A program made the translations under genes and the position numbers. Positions 1 through 9,083 of a DNA stretch of 64,000 nt are shown piece after piece. Each line of letters opens with the position of its first letter. Position 1 is the first letter of the stretch. The DNA lies in the NCBI GenBank assembly GCA_023391185.1, contig JAEWBI010000004.1, positions 3,107 through 67,106 of the forward strand. Direction: 5' to 3'. The stretch comes from Bacillota bacterium. Lineage in GTDB: Bacteria > Bacillota_I > Bacilli_A > RF39 > UBA660. The notes beneath the pieces were generated by a model. That model searched no databases and had not been told where the DNA came from. It worked only from the letters and a program-made list of their open reading frames with translations.

Positions 1-2
1 CC

Positions 3-224
3 ATTATCTCTATTATACTTGGTGCACCACTAGGCTATTATATGACTGACTATATCTTTAAAACTGCACTTGGAGACACATATGATTTTAATGGTTATAT
101 TAAACCTATTTCATATATATATGCCTGCGTAGGAACATTTATTGTTTCACTAATTGTTAATAAGATGTTAGCGAAAAAAGTAAACAAAATAGATATGGTT
201 AGTAGTTTAAAAGGTAATGAATAA
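3..224 (+). CDS. ABC transporter permease (FtsX/MacB family), C-terminal fragment; 5' end lies outside the window
   Basis: Frame 3 is open from the window edge. It encodes a final TM helix and a ...KIDMVSSLKGNE tail typical of FtsX-type permeases. Confidence 0.55.
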   Translation: MISIILGAPLGYYMTDYIFKTALGDTYDFNGYIKPISYIYACVGTFIVSLIVNKMLAKKVNKIDMVSSLKGNE

Positions 225-309
225 TATTTGATATATAAAAAGGAGAAGATTCTCTTTTTTTTTTATATAAAAAAATAATACAAAAAGTATTATTTTTAAA
301 AATTCTATT

Positions 310-669
310 TTAATTTGAACGATTCATTGAACAACACGCTTCCATACCATTTTTTTGCAAATATATTTCTCCCCAATTGTACATTGCATTAAGAATGGGT
401 TTTATACTTTTGCCAAATTCTGATAAATTATATTCCACTTTTGGTGGAACAATAGGGTAGACTGTTCTTATTATTAAGTTGTCATTTTCAAGTTCTCTTA
501 ACTGTTGAGTAAGCATTTTTGCCGTTGCACTTGGTATTAGTTTCTTTAATTCTCCAAATCTTAAAGCACCGTCAACAAGATGCCATAGTATTAAAGCTTT
601 ATATTTTCCACCTATTAATTTTAATGTAGCATCAACAGGACAATTTAAATTATTTTCACAATATTCCAT
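310..669 (-). CDS. HxlR-family winged-helix transcriptional regulator
   Basis: CPVDATLKLIGGKYKALILWHL...RFGELKK...ISATAKMLTQQLRELENDNLI is the HxlR signature. Start trimmed to the ATG of MEYCENN, which follows AGGAGG. Divergent from copA. Confidence 0.85.
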   Translation of the reverse strand: MEYCENNLNCPVDATLKLIGGKYKALILWHLVDGALRFGELKKLIPSATAKMLTQQLRELENDNLIIRTVYPIVPPKVEYNLSEFGKSIKPILNAMYNWGEIYLQKNGMEACCSMNRSN

Positions 670-816
670 AATAATATTCCTCCTTAGTATCATTTTGGGT
701 AGTATGTTACAAAAATGTGCGTATTTCCATTAATGAAAGTTAATGTTACAATTATATCAGGCAATTTTCGAATAGTCAAATAAAAATTGCTTGTAATAGA
801 TAGAGAAGGTGAGTTT

Positions 817-3270
817 ATGAAAAAAGAAACATTTTATATAACTGGAATGTCTTGTACAGCTTGCGCAAAACATATTGAAAAAGCTGTCAATGAAATAGAT
901 GGTACTATCAGTGTTAATGTTAATTTTGCTACTGAAAAAATGGTAGTTGAGTATGATGAAAAAATAGTGACGGTATCAAAAATAAAAGAAATAGTTGCCG
1001 AAAATGGCTATAAGGTAGTAGAAACTAGTGTCAGTAAGATTATTATTCCAATTGGTGGAATGACATGTGCTTCATGTGCTAGTAGTGTTGAAAAGGCAGT
1101 TAGGAAGTTAGACGGTATAGATAGTGTAAAAGTAAATATTGCTACTGAAAAAGCAAATATATCTTATGATCAAAGTATTGTACAGCTATCTAAAATAAAA
1201 GAAGCTATTGAAGAAGCTGGATACAAAGTCTTGGAAATAAAAAAAGAGAGTTTAATTGATGAAGATAAAATAAGAAAAGAAAAGGAGATAAATACTCTTT
1301 GGACAAAATTTATTATATCAACAATATTTTCGTTACCTCTTTTATATATTGCTATGGTTCCTATGATTAGTTTTATAAGATTACCATTTCCTGGTGACTT
1401 AGATCCGATGCAATATCCTTTGATTTACGCATTAATAGAATTAATATTAGTAATTCCTATAATATGTGTTGGTTATAAGTTTTATACAGTTGGTTTCAAA
1501 TCACTTTTTAAAAGAAGACCAAACATGGATTCACTTATTGCAATAGGAACAACAGCAGCAGTGTTTTATAGTATCTATAATACTATATTAATTGCTGAGG
1601 GTCAGTTTGCATTAGTTGAATCATTATATTATGAAACAGCTGGAGTAATAATAACTTTAATTTTACTTGGAAAGTCATTAGAAGCTGTTTCAAAAGGGAA
1701 AACAAGTGAAGCAATCAAGAAATTAATTGGATTAACACCAAAAACAGCTCTTATTGAAGAAGATGGTAAAGAAAAAGAAGTAGCTATTGATGAAGTTGAA
1801 ATAAATGATATCATTATAGTTAAACCGGGAACAAAAATTCCTGTTGATGGTGTTATTGTAGAAGGATATAGTTCTGTTGATGAATCAATGTTGACTGGTG
1901 AAAGTATGCCAGTTGATAAAAAAGCAGGAGATAATGTTTATGCTGCTTCAATAAATGATAATGGGTTATTTAAATTTAGGGCAACAAAAGTCGGTAGTGA
2001 TACTGCCTTAGCTCAAATTATAAAATTAGTTGAAGATGCTCAAGAATCAAAAGCACCAATCGCAAAAGTAGCTGATACTGTATCAGGTTACTTTGTTCCG
2101 ATTGTTTGTCTTATTGCTGTTGTGGCAGGGGTTATCTGGTTTATTGTTACTGGTGACTTAGAATTTTCATTAAAAATATTTATTTCAGTTCTAGTGATTG
2201 CTTGCCCATGTGCACTTGGTCTTGCAACTCCAACAGCTATTATGGTTGGTACAGGAAAAGGTGCTGAAAAAGGTATTTTAATTAAAGGTGGCGAAGCACT
2301 TGAAATTGCACATAAAATTAGTGCAATAATTCTTGATAAAACAGGAACTATAACAGAAGGAAAACCACAAGTCACTGATATTATTGTAGTAGAGGACACT
2401 ACTAAAGATAAAGTTTTAAAAATGGCTGCATCTGCTGAAAAAGGATCTGAACATCCTCTTGGGAAAGCAATTTTAAATGAAGCTAAAAATAGAAATATGA
2501 ACTTACTAAAAATGAGCGATTTTAAATCCTTAACTGGGTTAGGGATATCAGCTGAAATTGATAATATTAAAGTATTACTTGGAAATAAAAAGTTAATGGA
2601 TAAATATTCAATTTCTTTGAAAAAATTAGAAAAAGAATCTGATGATTTAGCACATAATGGAAAAACTCCAATGTATATAGCTTTTAATGGAAAAATTGCT
2701 GGCATTATTGCTGTATCTGATGTAGTAAAAAGTAGTAGTAAAAAGGCAATAGAAAAACTTCAAAAGATGGGAATTGAAGTTGTAATGATAACAGGTGATA
2801 ATAAAAAAACAGCAGCAGCAATAGCTAAACAGGTTGGAATAAATAAAGTATTATCCGAGGTTCTTCCACAGGACAAAGCTGCTGAAGTTAAAAAACTACA
2901 AGGTAAAAACAAAAAAGTAGCAATGGTAGGAGATGGCATAAATGATGCTCCCGCACTTGCACAGGCTGATATTGGTATTGCAATTGGTTCAGGTACTGAC
3001 GTAGCAATAGAATCAGCTGATATTGTTCTTATGAAGAGTGATTTAATGGATGTGCCTGTTGCTTTAGAATTAAGTAAAAAAACTATAAGAAACATAAAGC
3101 AAAATTTATTTTGGGCATTCGGTTATAATGTAATTGGTATTCCAGTTGCGGCCGGATTGCTATATGGTTTTAATGGATTACTACTTAATCCAATAATTGC
3201 TGCATTAGCAATGAGTTTAAGTTCTGTATCAGTTTTAACCAATGCACTAAGACTTAAAAAAATTAAGTAA
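817..3270 (+). CDS. copA: Copper-translocating P1B-type ATPase
   Basis: Two HMA heads (GMSCTAC, GMTCASC), CPC motif ([11 protein letters not shown]), DKTGT, SEHPLG and GDGINDAP. Start set at ATG 817 after GAAGGTGA. Confidence 0.95.
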   Translation: MKKETFYITGMSCTACAKHIEKAVNEIDGTISVNVNFATEKMVVEYDEKIVTVSKIKEIVAENGYKVVETSVSKIIIPIGGMTCASCASSVEKAVRKLDGIDSVKVNIATEKANISYDQSIVQLSKIKEAIEEAGYKVLEIKKESLIDEDKIRKEKEINTLWTKFIISTIFSLPLLYIAMVPMISFIRLPFPGDLDPMQYPLIYALIELILVIPIICVGYKFYTVGFKSLFKRRPNMDSLIAIGTTAAVFYSIYNTILIAEGQFALVESLYYETAGVIITLILLGKSLEAVSKGKTSEAIKKLIGLTPKTALIEEDGKEKEVAIDEVEINDIIIVKPGTKIPVDGVIVEGYSSVDESMLTGESMPVDKKAGDNVYAASINDNGLFKFRATKVGSDTALAQIIKLVEDAQESKAPIAKVADTVSGYFVPIVCLIAVVAGVIWFIVTGDLEFSLKIFISVLVIACPCALGLATPTAIMVGTGKGAEKGILIKGGEALEIAHKISAIILDKTGTITEGKPQVTDIIVVEDTTKDKVLKMAASAEKGSEHPLGKAILNEAKNRNMNLLKMSDFKSLTGLGISAEIDNIKVLLGNKKLMDKYSISLKKLEKESDDLAHNGKTPMYIAFNGKIAGIIAVSDVVKSSSKKAIEKLQKMGIEVVMITGDNKKTAAAIAKQVGINKVLSEVLPQDKAAEVKKLQGKNKKVAMVGDGINDAPALAQADIGIAIGSGTDVAIESADIVLMKSDLMDVPVALELSKKTIRNIKQNLFWAFGYNVIGIPVAAGLLYGFNGLLLNPIIAALAMSLSSVSVLTNALRLKKIK

Positions 3271-3294
3271 GAAAATAGAAAGGATGACATATTA

Positions 3295-3984
3295 ATGAAA
3301 AATAAAATAATTATACTATCAGTTTTAGGTTTAATAATAGTTAGTGCTATTATATTTACTTCAATTAAGTTATTAAAAAATTTAGATGTAGTAGGAAAAC
3401 AATCACTTAGTTCATTTAAGGAAATAACTACAACTTTAACAAACAATATTAAATTAAATGAGGAGAGTACTAGCTGGATATTATCATCTCCAGATAATAG
3501 TGCGAAGTTTATTTGGAGTACAGATTCTAGTAAAACAAGCAATTATGATGTAATGCTAGAGTTTTCTATAGACCCATTTATAAAGGCTGGGTTAAACAAA
3601 GATAAGCTCCAAACTGAAATGTTATCTAATGATGTAATTATATTAGGGACAGAATTAAGTGATAAAAAGATTAATTATGATGGTGATTTTTCTTCTTATG
3701 AGTCTTATAAAAAGATAGTAGAGTTAAATAGAAATAGTATTAAATACCATGCTGAGTTAGATCATTATGGTATTGATTTAGGTAATGGAAATTTGTTTGA
3801 ATGGGCAAAAGATATGACTACAAATGATAAAGATATAGTTTTTGTGCTTAATCCAGAACCATTTATAAAGGCTGGAGTTAATCCAGAAGAAGTAGATGGC
3901 TGGGTATATGCTAAAGTTCCAACAATGAAAGACGGAAAAAAGGTTGAGGTTTATAAACTTTTAAAACCATTCAATTTAAAATAA
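3295..3984 (+). CDS. Signal-anchored protein of unknown function with an internal two-module duplication
   Basis: N-terminal hydrophobic anchor. Two modules end in IDPFIKAGLNKDKL and PEPFIKAGVNPEEV. RBS AAAGGATGA lies upstream. Confidence 0.7.
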   Translation: MKNKIIILSVLGLIIVSAIIFTSIKLLKNLDVVGKQSLSSFKEITTTLTNNIKLNEESTSWILSSPDNSAKFIWSTDSSKTSNYDVMLEFSIDPFIKAGLNKDKLQTEMLSNDVIILGTELSDKKINYDGDFSSYESYKKIVELNRNSIKYHAELDHYGIDLGNGNLFEWAKDMTTNDKDIVFVLNPEPFIKAGVNPEEVDGWVYAKVPTMKDGKKVEVYKLLKPFNLK

Positions 3985-4042
3985 TAGAGAATAATAACTG
4001 TTTGCAAATTATTATTTTTTGTAAAAAGAAAGGAGAAAAAAT

Positions 4043-5359
4043 ATGGAAAAAATATATGTTAAGATTGAAGGAATAACATGTGACCACTGTAGGATGAAGA
4101 TTACTAAAGCTTTAGAACAAATAAAGAATGTTGTATCTATTTCTTTTGATGGTCATATTGCTGAAGTTACATATAGTGGCAAACTAAATAAGAATGATAT
4201 AGTAAATTCCATTATCAAAATAGATTATTATACTGATTTAAAAATGATTTCAGCTAATAAAAAAACTCTGAAACGTACTATGTCTTTAGGACAATTTTTT
4301 AAGATTTTTATTATTATTATCTTATTAGCTATAGTATTGAATATGTTATTTGGCTTTAATATATTTAACATGATACCTGTAATTAACAGTAAGACAACTT
4401 ATTCAATGCTATTTATTACAGGACTTCTTACTAGTGTGCACTGTATTTCAATGTGTGGAGCAATAAATTTAATAGCAAGTAGTTCTATTAAACGAAACTT
4501 TAAGAAACCATTTTTATATAATCTTGGAAGACTTGTGTCATATACCATTATTGGTGGTTTAGTTGGCTTGATAGGTAGTGTATTTAAATTTAATTCATAT
4601 ATAGATGGCACTATAATTATAATAGCTTCTATTTTTATGCTTTTCATGGCATTTAATATGATGGGAATTATAGACTTTTCTCTAAAGTTTAAAACTCCTA
4701 AAATAATTAATAAGTTCAAAATAAATGGTCCTTTTATGTTAGGATTACTAAATGGACTTATGCCATGTGGTCCTCTTCAAGCAATGCAAGTATATGCATT
4801 GTCAACAGGTTCATTTATTTATGGTGCTTTATCTATGTTTCTATTTTGTTTAGGGACAATTCCTTTAATGCTATTGGTAGGTATTGTATCGAATTTCTTA
4901 AATAATAATCATAGAAAAATTTTAAATAAAGTTTCAACAGTTATAGTCTTGATTCTATCGTTTGTAATGTTTAATCGTGGTTTATTAAGTATGGGAATAG
5001 ATATTTCTAATATTTTTAAACCAAGTTATGATAATTATTTAAAGAGTGAAATGGTTGAGGACTATCAAGTTATTGAATTTGATTTATCACCATCTGGTTA
5101 TAAGGACATTGTTGTAAAACAGGGAATACCCGTTAAGATAATTATAAACGCAAGTATGAATTCATTAACTGGTTGCAATAATGCAATAAAAATAAATAGT
5201 TTTAATATTGATAAAGATTTACAAGTTGGACGAAATGTAATTGAATTCACTCCAAATAAGAAAGGTACATATACATATACTTGTTGGATGGGAATGCTAA
5301 AAAACAATATTGTTGTTGTAGATGATGACACTATTTTTACAGGAGGTAATAATGATTAA
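4043..5359 (+). CDS. HMA domain / polytopic DsbD-TauE-like membrane domain / cupredoxin-like domain fusion protein
   Basis: N-terminal GITCDHC HMA motif. Membrane core has VHCISMCG and LMPCGP. C-terminal soluble module has TGCNNAI...YTCWMGM. RBS AAGGAGA. Confidence 0.8.
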   Translation: MEKIYVKIEGITCDHCRMKITKALEQIKNVVSISFDGHIAEVTYSGKLNKNDIVNSIIKIDYYTDLKMISANKKTLKRTMSLGQFFKIFIIIILLAIVLNMLFGFNIFNMIPVINSKTTYSMLFITGLLTSVHCISMCGAINLIASSSIKRNFKKPFLYNLGRLVSYTIIGGLVGLIGSVFKFNSYIDGTIIIIASIFMLFMAFNMMGIIDFSLKFKTPKIINKFKINGPFMLGLLNGLMPCGPLQAMQVYALSTGSFIYGALSMFLFCLGTIPLMLLVGIVSNFLNNNHRKILNKVSTVIVLILSFVMFNRGLLSMGIDISNIFKPSYDNYLKSEMVEDYQVIEFDLSPSGYKDIVVKQGIPVKIIINASMNSLTGCNNAIKINSFNIDKDLQVGRNVIEFTPNKKGTYTYTCWMGMLKNNIVVVDDDTIFTGGNND

Positions 5360-5537
5360 TACTAATAGACAAAAAATATATATAAAAAGAAACATAATAA
5401 TCACTATTTTTCTAATGATGGTTATATTTCTTATGTTAACAGGTTGTGATGTGAAAGGAGATAATGTAAGTGAAACAAAAGTTACTACAAACACGAATGA
5501 AAATAATAATACCAGTAATGTTCCTACTTGTCATTAG
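5352..5537 (+). CDS. Small lipoprotein (61 aa), unknown function
   Basis: ATG follows AGGAGG by 5 nt and overlaps the upstream stop (ATGATTAA). Basic n-region, hydrophobic core and LTGC lipobox. Mature peptide of about 30 aa ends in Cys-His. Its 3' end overlaps the next gene in another frame. Confidence 0.45.
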   Translation: MINTNRQKIYIKRNIIITIFLMMVIFLMLTGCDVKGDNVSETKVTTNTNENNNTSNVPTCH

Positions 5538-6003
5538 TTTATTTGGATTAGTTGGTTGTAGTTCAGAAAAGACTGAAGAAAAAGTTGAAGAAGTAGCTCA
5601 GCACACTATAATGACAGTGAAACAAGGTGAAGATATTAAAATAAACACTAATGATATAACTTCTAATGCAACTTACTATAATTACGAAATAGATGGACAT
5701 ATAATTCAAATATTTGCAGTAAAAGCATCCGATGGTACTGTAAGAATAGCATTTAATACTTGCGGTGCATGTAATCCATCTCCTATGGCTTATTTTGTCC
5801 AAAAAGGCAATTATTTTGAATGTCAAAATTGTGGAAATATGTTTGAAATTGATGAGATAGGTTTAGTAAATAAACCTGGATGCTCTCCAATAGGCATACT
5901 AGATGATAATAAAAACGTAGATGGAGATAACATTACAATATCTAGTGGTTTTATAGAGACATATAAACAAAAATTTGAATCAATAAACATTTTTAAAAAC
6001 TAA
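5470..6003 (+). CDS. Lipoprotein with DUF2318-like four-Cys metal-binding cluster
   Basis: Signal peptide with LVGC lipobox. FNTCGACNPS...FECQNCGN cysteine cluster. GTG 5470 follows AAAGGAGA; ATG 5497 is an alternative start. Confidence 0.75.
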   Translation: MKQKLLQTRMKIIIPVMFLLVISLFGLVGCSSEKTEEKVEEVAQHTIMTVKQGEDIKINTNDITSNATYYNYEIDGHIIQIFAVKASDGTVRIAFNTCGACNPSPMAYFVQKGNYFECQNCGNMFEIDEIGLVNKPGCSPIGILDDNKNVDGDNITISSGFIETYKQKFESINIFKN

Positions 6004-6239
6004 GAATTTGTATTTATATTAATATAAACATATAAAAAAATGATGTTTGATATTCTGCTATCTTAATTATTTTTAGCTTAATAATAGGTTTTAGTTTACA
6101 AAATATTAACTTATCTTAAACTAGGGTTTTAGCAATTTTTGATATTATAATACAAAAAAACCTTGTTTTACTTATTTTTTCTTGTACATTAACTTAAGTG
6201 GTGGTATAATAATTCATAGTTAAGAAGGGAGGGATATTG

Positions 6240-6434
6240 ATGACAAAAGTTCTAGTACGTAATGGTAACGTTGACGGTGCCTTGAGAATGGTTAAACAAA
6301 GAAATGCCAAAGATGGCCTCCTAAAAGCAGTTCGTGAAAGACAAGAAGGTTATATGAAACCCGGAGTTAAAAAAAGAATGGCTAAAAAAGAAGCTATTAA
6401 AAATGCTAAAAAGAATAGTAGAAAATACAGCTAA
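6240..6434 (+). CDS. rpsU: 30S ribosomal protein S21
   Basis: MTKVLVRNGNVDGALRMVKQ...KKEAIKNAKK is a basic 64-aa protein. GGGAGGG RBS upstream. Followed by yqeY, as in Bacillus. Confidence 0.9.
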   Translation: MTKVLVRNGNVDGALRMVKQRNAKDGLLKAVRERQEGYMKPGVKKRMAKKEAIKNAKKNSRKYS

Positions 6435-6474
6435 GAGTCATTAAGGCTCTTTTTTATATAAAGGAGAACAAAAG

Positions 6475-6915
6475 ATGAGACAAACAGTATTAGATGATAT
6501 TATAAAAGCAATGAAGGAAAAAGATAAAGATACTTTATCAGTACTTCGTATGGTAAAAGGTGCTATGCAATTAGAAGAGATAAATGTTAAGCATGAACTT
6601 AATGATGAAGAAATGACAAGAATCATATCTAAGCAAATAAAAACAAGAAAAGATTCAATAGTAGAATTTGAAAAAGGAAATAGACAAGATCTTGTTGATG
6701 CTGTTAACTCTGAAATATCAATACTTGAAAGATATATGCCTGAACAAATGAGTGAAGAAGATATATCAAAAGTAATAGATGAAGTATTCAGTAAAGTTAA
6801 TCCAACTGGTCACTCAGATATGGGTAAAATTATGGGAATGATTTCGCCACTTGTAAAAGGAAAAGCAGATATGGGGCTTGTAAATAAGTTAATAAAAGAA
6901 AGATTATCAAATTAA
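6475..6915 (+). CDS. yqeY: GatB/YqeY domain protein
   Basis: LSVLRMVKGAMQ...RKDSIVEFEKGNRQDLVD...ILERYMPEQMSEEDI...DMGKIMG...VKGKADMGLVNKLIKE aligns along its length with B. subtilis YqeY. Confidence 0.9.
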   Translation: MRQTVLDDIIKAMKEKDKDTLSVLRMVKGAMQLEEINVKHELNDEEMTRIISKQIKTRKDSIVEFEKGNRQDLVDAVNSEISILERYMPEQMSEEDISKVIDEVFSKVNPTGHSDMGKIMGMISPLVKGKADMGLVNKLIKERLSN

Positions 6916-6981
6916 AATATGTTTATACATATTTTTTTTTATCTTTTTATTGTATAATGTAAGAATAGGGTAGGGATAATT

Positions 6982-8217
6982 ATGGGCGAGTTATATATTT
7001 TTAAACAAGAAAAATTAAAATATGAGTCTCAAATGGCTATTGAAGAAAATAGTTTTAATAAACAAAAATTAATGAAGGAATACCAAGACAAAACCAAAAG
7101 ATATTTAGGAACGGCAATAAGTATTATAAATAAGCATTTTAATATTAATTATTCTATTAATAAAGAAGCAGTTGGTATGACTGCAACTTTTCAAAAAATA
7201 AATACAATTGTTAGAAAAACAGATCAAGAAATATCAATTGAAATGGAACAGTTAATTAATCAAATACCAAATTTAGGTGTAAGTAATGAAGTCAAAGAAA
7301 CCATTGAATTAGCAATAGAGATAGTTAAAATTTATTGTACAAATGGAGTAGAAAATTCAGCTGTTGCTTCAGTTAACGATATAAATGTTTTTGAAGACAA
7401 TAAAATGACAAATGAAATAAGTGAAAGTCAAAATTCTGAAAGTATTGTTGAAGAGAAAGTTTCAAGTATGGATCAGGAAATTTTAGAGAAACGAAACACA
7501 TTAAAAAAAGATAGTCCATTTATTATATATAAATTAAAACTAGGATTATTAATAATACCAGTTATATCTATATTTATGTCTGTTATATTATTTTTTATAT
7601 TAAAAGCCCTTGCTAAATTACCATTTCTTTCTAGTATAATTGCTAGTGGTCATACAAATATAATGTATAAAATAATTGTGTATGGGATATTGTTTTTGTT
7701 ATCTTTGTTATTAACAAGCTTTATTTCTTCATTTATAAGTGGCCGAACAAATAATAAAATAGTTTTTATGATTTTACCTTTTTCTTTATTAATTCTATTA
7801 ATAATTTTTTCAAAACCAGCAATAAATTTTATAACGGAAAAAGAATATCTTGATGCTGTATCATTGCTTTACATTAATGTTTATTATGCATTTTCTATTA
7901 TATTTTTATATATGTTTATGGTACTATTTTATATTTTTTCAGTATTTAAAAAACATACCAAAACAGGCATAATTGAGTTTATAGATATAGGTATAATAAT
8001 TTATGTTGGTATTTTACCAGGAATTAAACATATATTAGATTTTCTTAAACTTGATCAGTTTGAAGGTATATTTAATACTTTATATAATTATCCAAAACAA
8101 AAAACTGTATTTGTAATTTTATTAATTATTTGTATATTATCAAATACAATTTATACTTTTATAAAATATAAAATAGATAATAAAAGTAGCAAAAATTTAC
8201 AAATGAAAGAAGCATAA
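6982..8217 (+). CDS. Polytopic membrane protein, unknown function (about 190-aa soluble N-terminus plus multiple TM helices)
   Basis: Long ORF with consistent codon usage. Terminator at 8217-8249. No motif recognised. Confidence 0.6.
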   Translation: MGELYIFKQEKLKYESQMAIEENSFNKQKLMKEYQDKTKRYLGTAISIINKHFNINYSINKEAVGMTATFQKINTIVRKTDQEISIEMEQLINQIPNLGVSNEVKETIELAIEIVKIYCTNGVENSAVASVNDINVFEDNKMTNEISESQNSESIVEEKVSSMDQEILEKRNTLKKDSPFIIYKLKLGLLIIPVISIFMSVILFFILKALAKLPFLSSIIASGHTNIMYKIIVYGILFLLSLLLTSFISSFISGRTNNKIVFMILPFSLLILLIIFSKPAINFITEKEYLDAVSLLYINVYYAFSIIFLYMFMVLFYIFSVFKKHTKTGIIEFIDIGIIIYVGILPGIKHILDFLKLDQFEGIFNTLYNYPKQKTVFVILLIICILSNTIYTFIKYKIDNKSSKNLQMKEA

Positions 8218-8249
8218 AAGAAAGAAATTTTACTTTCTTTTATTTTTTT
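8217..8249 (+). terminator. Rho-independent terminator
   Basis: AAAGAAAG-aaatttta-CTTTCTTT followed by a T-run. Confidence 0.6.
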
Positions 8250-8250
8250 A

Positions 8251-8280
8251 TTGACAAGTGTCATATGTTACGCATATAAT
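8251..8280 (+). promoter_or_regulatory. Promoter of the NrtR-like gene overlapped by an ACAAGTGT box
   Basis: TTGACA (8251-8256), 18 nt, TATAAT (8275-8280). The spacer begins with AGTGTCATATGTTACGC, an imperfect copy of the downstream palindromes. Confidence 0.6.
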
Positions 8281-8299
8281 ATAATTGTAGGTGATAAAT

Positions 8300-8974
8300 A
8301 TGGAAGTAAAAAATCCATTATATAAGAATCAGGGAATACATGTTATTTCAGCAATATTTACGGTAGAAAAAGGAATTACTAAAGTACTACTTATTAAAAG
8401 AAATAATGAACCGTTTAAAGACATGTGGGCTTTAGTAGGGGGAGCTCTATATAATAATGAAACTTTAGATCATGGTATAAAAAGAGAAATAAAAGAAAAA
8501 ATAGGCATTAATATTAAAAGTATTGAAATGTTTGATATTTTTAGTAAGATTGATAGATCTCCAGTAATGCGTATGATTGCTGTAGGTTATATAGGAATTG
8601 TTGATTCTTCAAAAGTTGAAGTTGTTAAAAAAACAGTTAAAACTAGTGATGCTGATTGGGTTCCAATTGATAAGATTGGAAAACTTGCTTATGATCATAA
8701 CGAGATAATTAATAAAGGTATTGAAGTTTTGAAACAAAAAATAATTAATACAGATATTTTAAAAAGTTTATATCCAGAAGGATTTACGCTTCCGGAAATT
8801 CAAAAAACATATGAGGCTATTTTAAATAAAGAGTTGGATAGAAGGAATTTTAGAAAGAAAATGCTTAGTTTAGACTTGATTTATGATACAGGTTTATCAA
8901 AGAAGTTTGAGGGAACTAAACCAGCTAAAATATATAAGTTTAAAGAAAATAGAGAAAGTAAAAATGTATTTTAA
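8300..8974 (+). CDS. NrtR-like regulator: Nudix domain fused to a C-terminal winged-helix DNA-binding domain
   Basis: Nudix box GALYNNETLDHGIKREIKEKIGI, with the last Glu of REUXEE replaced by Lys. C-terminal FTLPEIQKTYEAILNKELDRRNFRKKMLSLDLI...KPAKIYKF matches the NrtR wHTH. ATG 8300 follows AGGTGAT. Confidence 0.8.
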   Translation: MEVKNPLYKNQGIHVISAIFTVEKGITKVLLIKRNNEPFKDMWALVGGALYNNETLDHGIKREIKEKIGINIKSIEMFDIFSKIDRSPVMRMIAVGYIGIVDSSKVEVVKKTVKTSDADWVPIDKIGKLAYDHNEIINKGIEVLKQKIINTDILKSLYPEGFTLPEIQKTYEAILNKELDRRNFRKKMLSLDLIYDTGLSKKFEGTKPAKIYKFKENRESKNVF

Positions 8975-8997
8975 TACATTTTTATAAACTTATAACA

Positions 8998-9031
8998 AGT
9001 GTATTTTGCTACACATAATAGCAATACACTT
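8998..9031. promoter_or_regulatory. Inverted repeat AAGTGTATT-N16-AATACACTT with nested GTGTA-N6-TACAC (operator and/or terminator)
   Basis: Arms at 8998-9006 and 9023-9031 are exact reverse complements. The nested palindrome is 8999-9003 / 9010-9014. The T-rich run TTTATATA follows. Confidence 0.5.
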
Positions 9032-9046
9032 TTATATAGATTTAAC

Positions 9047-9066
9047 AAGTGTATAAAATTACACTT
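9047..9066. promoter_or_regulatory. Perfect 7-6-7 palindrome AAGTGTA-TAAAAT-TACACTT, candidate operator over a -10-like box
   Basis: Arms at 9047-9053 and 9060-9066. The spacer TAAAAT is a -10-like hexamer. The site lies 18 nt upstream of ATG 9084. Confidence 0.55.
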
Positions 9067-9083
9067 AGAGAAAGGGTGGATAT

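Noticed and set aside
1629-3542. Four minus-strand ORFs (1629-1814, 2088-2705, 2760-3095, 3123-3542) antisense to copA and the following gene.
   Set aside because: They lie wholly inside strongly supported + strand genes, have no RBS, and have skewed Ser/Ile/Phe-rich composition typical of antisense frames in AT-rich DNA.
6087-6135. Two copies of GGTTTTAG about 36 bp apart in the DUF2318-rpsU intergenic region, superficially like a CRISPR repeat start.
   Set aside because: There are only two 8-nt copies, no longer shared repeat body, no further units and no cas genes. This is a chance match in AT-rich spacer DNA.
4399-6626. Minus-strand ORFs 4399-4719, 5098-5331, 5297-5494, 5563-5826 and 6441-6626.
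   Set aside because: They are antisense shadows of the HMA-cupredoxin, DUF2318-like and yqeY genes, with no motifs or translation signals.
8961-8982. AAAATGTAT-TTTA-ATACATTTT hairpin spanning the NrtR-like gene stop codon, considered as a fourth operator.
   Set aside because: The arms are TGTAT/ATACA rather than the AAGTGTA/TACACTT core and lack the ACAAGTGT octamer. It is more simply a weak AT-only stem at the gene end, so I did not count it as a site.
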